Notes under the pieces: model-generated
Told to the model about the DNA's origin: nothing
Database searches by the model: none
What the model saw: only the letters and a program-made list of their open reading frames with translations
Source of the DNA: Anaerolineaceae bacterium
GTDB lineage: Bacteria; Chloroflexota; Anaerolineae; Anaerolineales; Anaerolineaceae
Length of the DNA stretch: 64,000 nucleotides
NCBI GenBank assembly: GCA_040772945.1
Contig: JAXGXE010000001.1
Coordinates: 1,012,862-1,076,861, forward strand
Direction: 5' to 3'
In this document: piece by piece, positions 47,370 through 54,348 of the stretch
Numbering within the stretch: position 1 is the first letter of the stretch
How the letters are laid out: each line of letters begins with the position of its first letter
Translations under genes and position numbers: made by a program

Positions 47370-48695
47370 ATGTTTGAGAATTTATCCGATAGATTAACCG
47401 CGGTATTTAACAATTTGCGCCGACGAGGCAAATTGAGCGAAAAGGATGTCGAAATCGCCTTGCGCGAGGTGCGCCTGGCTTTGCTGGAAGCTGATGTCAA
47501 CTATGGTGTGGTGCGGTCATTTACGAACCGTGTCAAAGAGCGAGCCGTTGGCGCGGAAGTATCGAAAGCGCTTAATCCTGCTCAGCAGGTTGTGAAGATT
47601 GTTAACGAAGAGCTGATTGCGACACTTGGGCAGGCTGAACCGCTCAATTTACGTGGAGAAAAGCCTCACATTATCATGATGATTGGTTTGCAAGGTTCAG
47701 GTAAAACGACAGCTACAGCAAAATTAGCTCGCAGGCTGAGAGCTGATGGAGAACGGGTGATGATGGTTGCGGCGGACATCTACCGACCTGCCGCTATCAA
47801 GCAGCTCCAAACTCTTGGCGAAAGGGTAAGTGTTCCGGTATTTACACTGCCAGGCGAAAAACCAGTCAAGATTGTGAAAGAAGCTTATGATCAAGCCAAG
47901 CGTGGTGGTTACACCGTGATGCTTATCGATACCGCTGGCCGCTCACAACTGGATGATTTTTTGATGCAGGAAATTGATGGCATTCAAAAGGCTGTGCCAT
48001 GCAATGAAATATTGCTGGTCATTGACTCAATGATAGGTCAGGAAGCCTTGAATATCGCGGAGGGTTTTCGCGATGTGATGCGCATTACTGGTTTGATTTT
48101 CACAAAAATCGATGGTGACGCGCGTGGTGGCGCGGCCATTTCTATTCGTGAAGTTACCGGTGTGCCGATTAAATTCCTCGGTACGGGTGAGGGCTTGGAT
48201 GCGTTGGAAGTATTTGACCCCGCGCGGATAAGTGGACGTATCCTGGGCATGGGGGATATGTTAGGTTTGATTGAGAAAGCCGAAGCGGCATATGCTGAAG
48301 GTATCGCGGTTGAAGACGCTGAACGAATGCTAAAAGGACAGTTCACGCTGGAAGACTTCGCCAAGCAACTCAAACAGATTAAGAAGATGGGACCGCTATC
48401 GCAGGTTATGGGCATGTTACCTGGGCAATTCGGGCAGGTCGCCAAACAAGTTGACCCACATGAGGTGGATAGCCAGCTAAAAGGGGTTGAAGCGATTATT
48501 GCCTCGATGACCCCAGCTGAGCGAAGAGATCCGCGCATATTAAATGCCAGTCGACGGCGGAGAATTGCAGCAGGATGCGGTAAAAATGTTCAGGATGTTA
48601 ATCGCTTGATGAAACAATTCCGGGAAATACAAACCCTGATGAAAAAATTCCAGAAACCAGGAAGTAATCGGGATATTGAAAGAATGTTTGGATAG
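47370..48695 (+). CDS. ffh: Signal recognition particle protein Ffh
   Basis: 441 aa with an NG domain (GLQGSGKTTATAKLA, DTAGR) and a Met-rich M domain. Confidence 0.95.
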   Translation: MFENLSDRLTAVFNNLRRRGKLSEKDVEIALREVRLALLEADVNYGVVRSFTNRVKERAVGAEVSKALNPAQQVVKIVNEELIATLGQAEPLNLRGEKPHIIMMIGLQGSGKTTATAKLARRLRADGERVMMVAADIYRPAAIKQLQTLGERVSVPVFTLPGEKPVKIVKEAYDQAKRGGYTVMLIDTAGRSQLDDFLMQEIDGIQKAVPCNEILLVIDSMIGQEALNIAEGFRDVMRITGLIFTKIDGDARGGAAISIREVTGVPIKFLGTGEGLDALEVFDPARISGRILGMGDMLGLIEKAEAAYAEGIAVEDAERMLKGQFTLEDFAKQLKQIKKMGPLSQVMGMLPGQFGQVAKQVDPHEVDSQLKGVEAIIASMTPAERRDPRILNASRRRRIAAGCGKNVQDVNRLMKQFREIQTLMKKFQKPGSNRDIERMFG

Positions 48696-48756
48696 GACTG
48701 ATGAGCTGATCAGGAGATACTCCGGTTCTTTGTTTTAAGCTAATTTATTTGTAAAA

Positions 48757-48781
48757 CCTGTTTACATGTGCCACAAAAAAC
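48757..48781. repeat. 25-bp direct repeat flanking IS481-like copy C (left)
   Basis: CCTGTTTACATGTGCCACAAAAAAC matches 51812-51836 (CCTGTTTACATGTGCCACACAAAAC) at 24 of 25 positions. Confidence 0.85.
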
Positions 48782-48791
48782 TGTAGGATTG

Positions 48792-49733
48792 TCAAACATG
48801 TTGGACAGTCTGAGATAAAAATTGAATAGGTGATAAGAACTTCAATGGTCGCATCGGTATATGGTTACTGCGCTGGTTGTGTCTTCTCAGTTGTCTTTTG
48901 AAATCCTCAAATGAATAGAATGTTGATTTGTTATAGAAACGTTTTTGATCCTCCTTATGGCTTCTCTCTACTTTCCCATTGTGTCTGGGCGTGTAGGGTC
49001 TGATTAGTTTATGCTTTATTCCTTTATCGCGTAAGACAGCCTCAAACAAACTTAGATTATCCTCGTCTTTCGTTCTAAGAAAGCGTTTGGTGAATTCAAA
49101 GCCATTATCGGTCTGCACACATTCAACCTCAATCTCTCTGCTCTTGAACCAGGCAATGGCGTGTTCGATAAAAACAGCCGAGGAAAAAGTATCTGCTGTC
49201 TGAAAACCTTCCAGGTATCTCAAACGACTAAACTCATCAATAGCGGTGTATTGATAGTAGCGTTCCCAGTTTTCATCAACAATACACGCTTTAGGAACGA
49301 CTTTTACGTCTACTTGTATTCTTTGCCCAGGATATTGCATCTGTTCATAGGCTTGTGCTTTGTATGGTTTCTTTTTGTTCTTCTTTTGTCTAAGCAGCCC
49401 TTCCCGTCGTAAAACCCTAAATAGGCTGACATAATGGCGACGATAACCTTGTTTTCTGAGTTTGAACCAAAGTTCATATAAACCCAGGTCTTTATTTCGT
49501 TTGTGATAGCGACGGATCAAGGCTATCTCTTCCGGACTGTGTTGATTTGGGTGATGTTTGGGTCTTCTTGACCGACAGGCTAAGGATCTAATATCCCCAT
49601 CATAGCGTTTGAGCCAAAAGTAAATATAGCTGCGACATCTGTTATATTTCCTGGACGCTTTAGTTACTCCATGATTGAGGGCATATTTGACCAAAGAATG
49701 TCGATATTTCATGTCTTGTGTTATCTTATCCAT
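48792..49733 (-). CDS. IS481-family DDE transposase (copy C; upstream region severed by the insertion)
   Basis: 313 aa, identical to copies A and B from MDKITQDM onward. The 21-codon N-terminal extension seen in A and B is cut off by the insertion at 49769/49770. Confidence 0.75.
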   Translation of the reverse strand: MDKITQDMKYRHSLVKYALNHGVTKASRKYNRCRSYIYFWLKRYDGDIRSLACRSRRPKHHPNQHSPEEIALIRRYHKRNKDLGLYELWFKLRKQGYRRHYVSLFRVLRREGLLRQKKNKKKPYKAQAYEQMQYPGQRIQVDVKVVPKACIVDENWERYYQYTAIDEFSRLRYLEGFQTADTFSSAVFIEHAIAWFKSREIEVECVQTDNGFEFTKRFLRTKDEDNLSLFEAVLRDKGIKHKLIRPYTPRHNGKVERSHKEDQKRFYNKSTFYSFEDFKRQLRRHNQRSNHIPMRPLKFLSPIQFLSQTVQHV

Positions 49734-49745
49734 AGCAGGTTGTGG

Positions 49746-49769
49746 TTTCTCCTTTTTGTTTTGTTTGTG
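49746..49769. repeat. 24-bp direct repeat TTTCTCCTTTTTGTTTTGTTTGTG (left) bounding the insertion
   Basis: Present once in copies A and B (for example 8003-8026) and twice here (49746-49769 and 51710-51733). Confidence 0.9.
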
Positions 49770-49920
49770 TAGGGTATTTTGAGGATATAAACATCGGTGT
49801 AAATGATAATGAAGTAAGCAAGTCGGGGAAGGGTCACGGCTAAGCGTTCGCGTCGCTTCGCTTTGCTACGCGCCACAAACGCAAAGCCTAACCCTTGCCC
49901 CGAACCCCATCCCGATAAGT

Positions 49921-49948
49921 AAATAGCGCGCCATTCGGCGCGCTATTT
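49921..49948 (-). terminator. Hairpin downstream of the 70-aa ORF
   Basis: AAATAGCGCGCC-ATTC-GGCGCGCTATTT. The 18-nt core GCGCGCCATTCGGCGCGC recurs at 51264-51281. Confidence 0.5.
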
Positions 49949-49972
49949 ACATGGAACTTTCTAACTCTAACA

Positions 49973-50185
49973 CTAATCAAAAGAAGGATTAGCAACAAAT
50001 GCTATGAGATCTAAAACCTCCTTTCTATGGTAAAGCCACCTGTTTATATAATAGTAAACTTGGCGCTCACTTACTCCCAGCCTCCCGGCAATATCCTCTA
50101 CACATTTGCCCTTTTGCCAATACGTGCCGGCTAAAGCCACCTTTTGCGCCACAATAAACTTATTACTCCCTTTGGTTTTTGACAT
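49973..50185 (-). CDS. Small helix-turn-helix protein (unknown family)
   Basis: About 70 aa from MSKTKG. The HTH-like segment is CVEDIAGRLGVSERQVYYYINRW. The track ORF extends to 50212. Confidence 0.5.
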   Translation of the reverse strand: MSKTKGSNKFIVAQKVALAGTYWQKGKCVEDIAGRLGVSERQVYYYINRWLYHRKEVLDLIAFVANPSFD

Positions 50186-50438
50186 CCTGCCAAATCTTAC
50201 CCGCGTTTGCAATCCCGATAACTTTACTAAGGTTATTAAAGCTCAATAAATCCAAACATTCCAATATATCAGCGAACAAATAATGTAAATCAAACTTCGT
50301 TCTAACCCCGTCCAAACAATTCACATTATTAGCAGTCTTAATATCCCTATAAAGCTCGCCAAATCTCGCCAAAACCCGCTCATGATCCAAGCGGTGCACT
50401 TCCTCTCTACCGAACTCTACAACCCAATTCCTATCCAT
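50163..50438 (-). CDS. Hypothetical 91-aa protein
   Basis: MDRNWVVEFGREEV.. is preceded by a strong AAGGAGG Shine-Dalgarno. It overlaps the downstream HTH ORF by about 23 nt. I recognise no family. Confidence 0.5.
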   Translation of the reverse strand: MDRNWVVEFGREEVHRLDHERVLARFGELYRDIKTANNVNCLDGVRTKFDLHYLFADILECLDLLSFNNLSKVIGIANAGKIWQDVKNQRE

Positions 50439-50539
50439 ACATCCTCCTTGGCTTCCATGCAATAAACTGCAATATCAACACCAATTATAGAACACCTTTT
50501 CTAATTTGTCATTATGAAACGCTCAAACTCAATAGCCCA

Positions 50540-51700
50540 ATCCAACATTCTGCGCACGCTTTCGCCTTGGCTGTTCGCTTTACGGTGTAAAAGCAACACC
50601 GATGACGCTCACATGCCAAGGCTAACCGTTCTTGCTGTTAGCCAGCTCTCATTAGTCCCATCCAACATTCGGCGCATTCTCACCGTTCTGCCGGCTCGCC
50701 AGTCTCACTACACCACCCGCCAACGTTTGGCGCATGCTCCGTTTTGGCGCGTCGCTCCGCGGGTAAAAGCGTTCCCGATGTCGCTCCCGCGCCAAAACTC
50801 GCGCTTCCACTTGTCAACACCAAACGCACCTGAACCCCGCGCACTTCTCGCTATCACAATCGCCTGTGCTCAGGCTTGGTGTCGCTTCGCTCGCCAGCCT
50901 TCGCAACGCACTCCGCACTAAACTTAGTCCTTACCCGCGCGTTTTTTTAACGCTCCGCTAATCGTTCCGGCTTCGCTAAAAACGCGCTCCGTTTGTTCGC
51001 TTCGTGCGTGGTTGCCCCCTTCCCCCCAGCTCCCCCCGAACCCCCCTTCCAACCCCCCACACCCCACAAATGTCTCATTCAATCGGGGGGAAACTTGGGG
51101 GGATATATGGGTCAACTTCAGCCTCTCTCGCTTCGCTCGTTCGCACTGAGCCTATTTTTAAGTAGGCTTTTCGGGCTTCCGTCGGCTTCGCCATCTTCAG
51201 CCCTCCAAGCCACTATCCCCGCGAGGCTCGGCAAGCCTCCGCGGGATGGTTTTCTCATAAGGTGCGCGCCATTCGGCGCGCAATCATATACACGCCTTCG
51301 CTATTCGCTCAGGCGCGCCTTCATAAGGTGTTGCCTCGCGTACGCTCGGCAACGTTATAGAATGCCTGCCTTCGCTGTTCGCTCAGGCAGGCTCTTAGCT
51401 AAGGTGTTGCCCTCGCTGTTCGCTCGGGCAACGTTCCGCATTGCCAGCAAAGCCGGCAATGCTCAATAGTTTCGCCTCTTTTCACCTCCCCCTGCAGTGC
51501 CCTCAGTTCGTTCGCTTTGTTGCGAACTCAAAAGCCTTCGGGCACTGCGCCTCACCCCGCAAGAAAAAGCAGAGGTACGCGCGGTTGCCCGCTTCGCGGG
51601 CTTGCGCGGGACTTCGCCCGCGCGGTGGCTAATGCGCCAGCCCCAGCGCGCTACGCGCGCGGGCAGGCGCTAAACGCCACCAACCGCGCTAAGACCTCTG
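50540..51700. repeat. Array of at least 12 GC-rich imperfect palindromes (REP/BIME-like) with conserved loops and variable stems
   Basis: Examples: 51364-51392 GCCTGCC-TTCGCTGTTCGCTCA-GGCAGGC; 51406-51432 GTTGCCC-TCGCTGTTCGCTC-GGGCAAC; 51330-51353 GTTGCC-TCGCGTACGCTC-GGCAAC; 51438-51462 GCATTGCC-N9-GGCAATGC; 51494-51548 GCAGTGCCC..GGGCACTGC; 50564-50622 and 50741-50798 are paralogous 60-nt hairpins. Confidence 0.8.
51015..51102. repeat. Homopolymer C-run cluster followed by two G6 runs (G-quadruplex/i-motif-capable)
   Basis: Runs C5, C6, C6, C6, C6 and C4 lie between 51015 and 51065. G6 runs are at 51085-51090 and 51097-51102. Confidence 0.8.
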
Positions 51701-51709
51701 TTTTTCTTT

Positions 51710-51733
51710 TTTCTCCTTTTTGTTTTGTTTGTG
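51710..51733. repeat. 24-bp direct repeat (right) bounding the insertion
   Basis: Identical to 49746-49769. Confidence 0.9.
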
Positions 51734-51811
51734 CGCAATAACAATAACGGATACTTCCATTTCCTGCTATTCTTTTTTCATACACTGTCCAATATGTAGT
51801 GTAATCCTACA

Positions 51812-51836
51812 CCTGTTTACATGTGCCACACAAAAC
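51812..51836. repeat. 25-bp direct repeat flanking IS481-like copy C (right)
   Basis: Matches 48757-48781 at 24 of 25 positions. Confidence 0.85.
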
Positions 51837-51839
51837 ATC

Positions 51840-51869
51840 TTTACAATAATTTGCAAAGCATGGTATTAT
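51840..51869 (+). promoter_or_regulatory. Sigma-70-type promoter for rpsP
   Basis: TTTACA (51840-51845), an 18-nt spacer, then TATTAT (51864-51869), just beyond the IS flank. Confidence 0.45.
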
Positions 51870-51990
51870 TCATAGGTTATTTGGTTAAACCTGAGCTTGA
51901 GGAGAAGGACAATGCCCCTTCAGCATTCTCTCAGCCTTTAACAAGAGCACGGGCCAAAGAGAATTGAAAAGATTTAAGGAGTAAATATCG

Positions 51991-52338
51991 ATGGTACGTA
52001 TTCGACTAAGACGGGTCGGTTCCGCACACCAAGCCCATTATCGTGTGGTTGTAGCTGATAAAGAAAGCCCACGTGATGGACGCTTTATTGAAATCGTTGG
52101 GCATTACAACCCACGCACCAAACCCAACACAATTGTGTTCAAAGAAGATCGCATTTACTATTGGCTTGGTGTTGGCGCGCAACCTTCTGAAACAGTTGAA
52201 AAATTGTTTAAACAGGTTGGGTTGGACGAACGATTTAAACGTCATAAAGCTGGTGAAGACGTGGAAACTTTGCTTGCCGAAGCAGCTAAGACCTACGATA
52301 GCCGGGTTACAAATCCCCGGACGACACATAGCGATTAA
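51991..52338 (+). CDS. rpsP: 30S ribosomal protein S16
   Basis: [39 protein letters not shown], with a C-terminal extension. Confidence 0.95.
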   Translation: MVRIRLRRVGSAHQAHYRVVVADKESPRDGRFIEIVGHYNPRTKPNTIVFKEDRIYYWLGVGAQPSETVEKLFKQVGLDERFKRHKAGEDVETLLAEAAKTYDSRVTNPRTTHSD

Positions 52339-52355
52339 TTTTTTAGAAGGTTTAT

Positions 52356-52607
52356 ATGAACGACAAAAAATTACATGACTTATTAGAGTTCATCGCCAAG
52401 GGTCTGGTTAATGATCCTGATGCAGTTAAGGTTGAGAGCTCTGTTGAAGACAACACAGTCCATTTGAAACTTTCAGTTGGCACGGAAGATATCGGCCGTG
52501 TCATCGGAAAGCAAGGACGTGTTGCTAACTCAATCCGCCATCTGTTGCGTGCTGCTGCTTCTCGCGAAGGTATGCAAGTAATTATGGATGTGGTTGAGCC
52601 TGAATAA
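52356..52607 (+). CDS. khpA: KH-domain RNA-binding protein (YlqC/KhpA family)
   Basis: 83 aa with the GxxG motif IGKQGR. It occupies the conserved position between rpsP and rimM. Confidence 0.8.
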   Translation: MNDKKLHDLLEFIAKGLVNDPDAVKVESSVEDNTVHLKLSVGTEDIGRVIGKQGRVANSIRHLLRAAASREGMQVIMDVVEPE

Positions 52608-53158
52608 TGCTCAATAAAGCAAAAAACACCCAAAAAGGAAACGCAGGCTCGAATAAACGCGAGCCTGCCTTTGTATTGGTCGGAAAACTTCAACGCCCGC
52701 ATGGCGTAAATGGGGAGATCACTATGCGGGTGGACACTGATTTTCCGGAACGCATTCGCCGAGGTAAAACGCTCTATCTTGGCGAAGATCATGTGGCTCA
52801 TAAGGTTACGGGAACGCGCTGGAAAGGGGACTTAATGCTTGTTAAGTTTGACGGTTATGACAGCCCTGAAGCGGTAAGTGAGCTGATCAATCAGATGGCT
52901 TTTGTGAGTGTTGATGATATCCCAGCTTTGCCTGATGGTGAGTATTACCATCATCAGTTGATTGGTCTCGAAGTATACGAAGCGGATGAATATTTGGGTA
53001 CTTTGGAAGCAGTTTTGCAAACCGGTGCAAATGACGTGTATATTGTCGAAGACCTTGAAGGGAAAGAACTCCTTATTCCCGCTATTCCTGAAGTTGTGTT
53101 AAAAGTCGATCTTGCTGATAAGCGGTTGGAAGTGCGTTTGCTGGAAGGGTTGCGATAA
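52607..53158 (+). CDS. rimM: 16S rRNA processing protein RimM
   Basis: 183 aa, RimM N-domain plus PRC barrel (GKLQRPHGVNGE..). Its ATG overlaps the khpA stop. Confidence 0.85.
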   Translation: MLNKAKNTQKGNAGSNKREPAFVLVGKLQRPHGVNGEITMRVDTDFPERIRRGKTLYLGEDHVAHKVTGTRWKGDLMLVKFDGYDSPEAVSELINQMAFVSVDDIPALPDGEYYHHQLIGLEVYEADEYLGTLEAVLQTGANDVYIVEDLEGKELLIPAIPEVVLKVDLADKRLEVRLLEGLR

Positions 53159-53159
53159 G

Positions 53160-54254
53160 ATGTTAGAGCGAGAGGCTTGGCTGGCTTTTAGCCACGTGCG
53201 TGGCATGGGCGCTGTGCGTTTTAGAAAATTATTGAATTTTTTTGGAACGCTGAGTGTGGCATGGCAAGCTTCAGAAGAAGCCCTTAAAGAAGCGGGGATG
53301 ACCGAAAAACTCATTCAAACACTTCGTGAAACAAAACGAAGCTTTGACCCAGTTGAGGTAAAAGAAAAACTTGATTCAAAAGGAATCAAAGTGCTCATTT
53401 GGTCTGATGAGCCATATCCGCCTTATTTGCTTGAAATAGCGCAACCTCCACCTGTGCTTTACTGTCTGGGTGAGATTACTGAGGCAGACAATCTGGCTAT
53501 GGCCATCGTTGGCACACGGAATGTGACCAGTTATGGCAAGCAACTGTGTAAGGATACAGCTGCTTATCTTGCCGGGCATGGAATTACCATCGTGAGTGGC
53601 TTGGCGCGAGGTGTGGATGCGATAGCGCATCATGCCGCGCTGGAAATTGGTGGACGAACTATCGCGGTATTGGGCTCCGGTGTGGATGTTATTTACCCAC
53701 CTGAGCACCGAAAACTGGCTGAAAAGATTATCAATAACGGCGCGGTAATTAGCGACTATCCGCCTGGAACAAAACCTGAAGGAATCAATTTTCCACCAAG
53801 AAACCGCATCATTTCCGGTCTTTCCAGAGGCACGATAGTGATTGAAGCAGGTGAGCGTAGTGGGGCGTTAATCACCGCAAAATTCGCTGTTGAGCAAGGT
53901 AGGGATGTCTTCGCGGTTCCGGGTTCTGTCCTTTCGCCAATGAGCAAAGGCACTAACGCCTTAATCGGCGAGGGTGCCATTCCGATGACCAATCCAGCTA
54001 CAGTGGTCTCTCACTTGGGACTTGAAAAACAAAAGATTAGTCATCCACAAGAAAAAATAGATCTTAGTCCACTTGAAGAGCGTGTTTATCAGGCATTGGG
54101 AACTAACGGTATGCACGTTGACGACCTTTGCGCGAAACTGGACATGCCGATAGAGAAGCTAAATGCCACTTTGACTATGATGCAGCTAAAAGGTTTTGTT
54201 ACTCAAGAGAACAATCAAGACTATCGGGCTGTAAAACCCTGGCAAATTGGTTAA
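53160..54254 (+). CDS. dprA: DNA processing protein DprA (Smf)
   Basis: Motifs GLARGVDAIAHHAAL and GSGVDVIYP plus a C-terminal winged helix. The ATG lies 1 nt after the rimM stop; the track ORF begins at 53112 inside rimM. Confidence 0.9.
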   Translation: MLEREAWLAFSHVRGMGAVRFRKLLNFFGTLSVAWQASEEALKEAGMTEKLIQTLRETKRSFDPVEVKEKLDSKGIKVLIWSDEPYPPYLLEIAQPPPVLYCLGEITEADNLAMAIVGTRNVTSYGKQLCKDTAAYLAGHGITIVSGLARGVDAIAHHAALEIGGRTIAVLGSGVDVIYPPEHRKLAEKIINNGAVISDYPPGTKPEGINFPPRNRIISGLSRGTIVIEAGERSGALITAKFAVEQGRDVFAVPGSVLSPMSKGTNALIGEGAIPMTNPATVVSHLGLEKQKISHPQEKIDLSPLEERVYQALGTNGMHVDDLCAKLDMPIEKLNATLTMMQLKGFVTQENNQDYRAVKPWQIG

Positions 54255-54348
54255 TTTGAGCGCAATTTATACATCATTTTCTTGACTTTTTTATGGATAT
54301 GGTATTATAGGGCGCGTATTTAGCAATTGCGATACGTGCGGAGTTATT

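Larger units (their letters stand above)
49770..51709. mobile_element. 1940-bp insertion of unknown type inside IS copy C: two small ORFs plus about 1.2 kb of GC-rich hairpin array
   Basis: It is absent from copies A and B and is bounded by the 24-bp duplication. It has no terminal inverted repeats and no recognisable transposase or integrase. The right part is visibly GC-rich (41 of 60 nt are G or C in 51541-51600). Confidence 0.7.
48782..51811 (-). mobile_element. IS481-family-like insertion sequence, copy C, interrupted by a 1940-bp insertion
   Basis: Positions 48782-49769 and 51710-51811 are colinear with copies A and B. It lies between ffh and rpsP. Confidence 0.85.

Noticed and set aside
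48761-48775. The target of IS copy C (TTTACATGTGCCACA) resembles the IS's own inverted-repeat interior (CAAACATGTTGGACA)
   Set aside because: Only 9 of 15 positions match, centred on the palindrome ACATGT. With one insertion site this is too weak to claim target mimicry.
50540-51700. Hairpin array as a CRISPR array, TIGR-type guide array or integron attC array
   Set aside because: - There is no constant-length direct repeat separated by unique spacers.
- Unit spacing is irregular, at 25-120 nt.
- No cas, Nop-domain (Tas) or integron-integrase gene is adjacent.
- RYYYAAC-like strings (for example ATCCAAC) occur, but without the paired GTTRRRY architecture or intervening cassettes.
- I keep it as an unexplained structured-repeat array instead.
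50514-51741. ORFs of 135, 158, 63, 63 and 74 aa called in the GC-rich part of the nested insertion
   Set aside because: The translations are Arg/Pro/Ala/Ser-rich and low-complexity, they overlap each other in several frames, and they coincide with the hairpin units. The long open frames are explained by high GC content and a lack of stop codons.
53112-53159. Upstream extension of the dprA ORF overlapping the end of rimM
   Set aside because: The ATG at 53160, 1 nt after the rimM stop, begins the conserved DprA N-terminus (MLEREAWLAF..). The extension is an out-of-frame read-through of rimM coding sequence.
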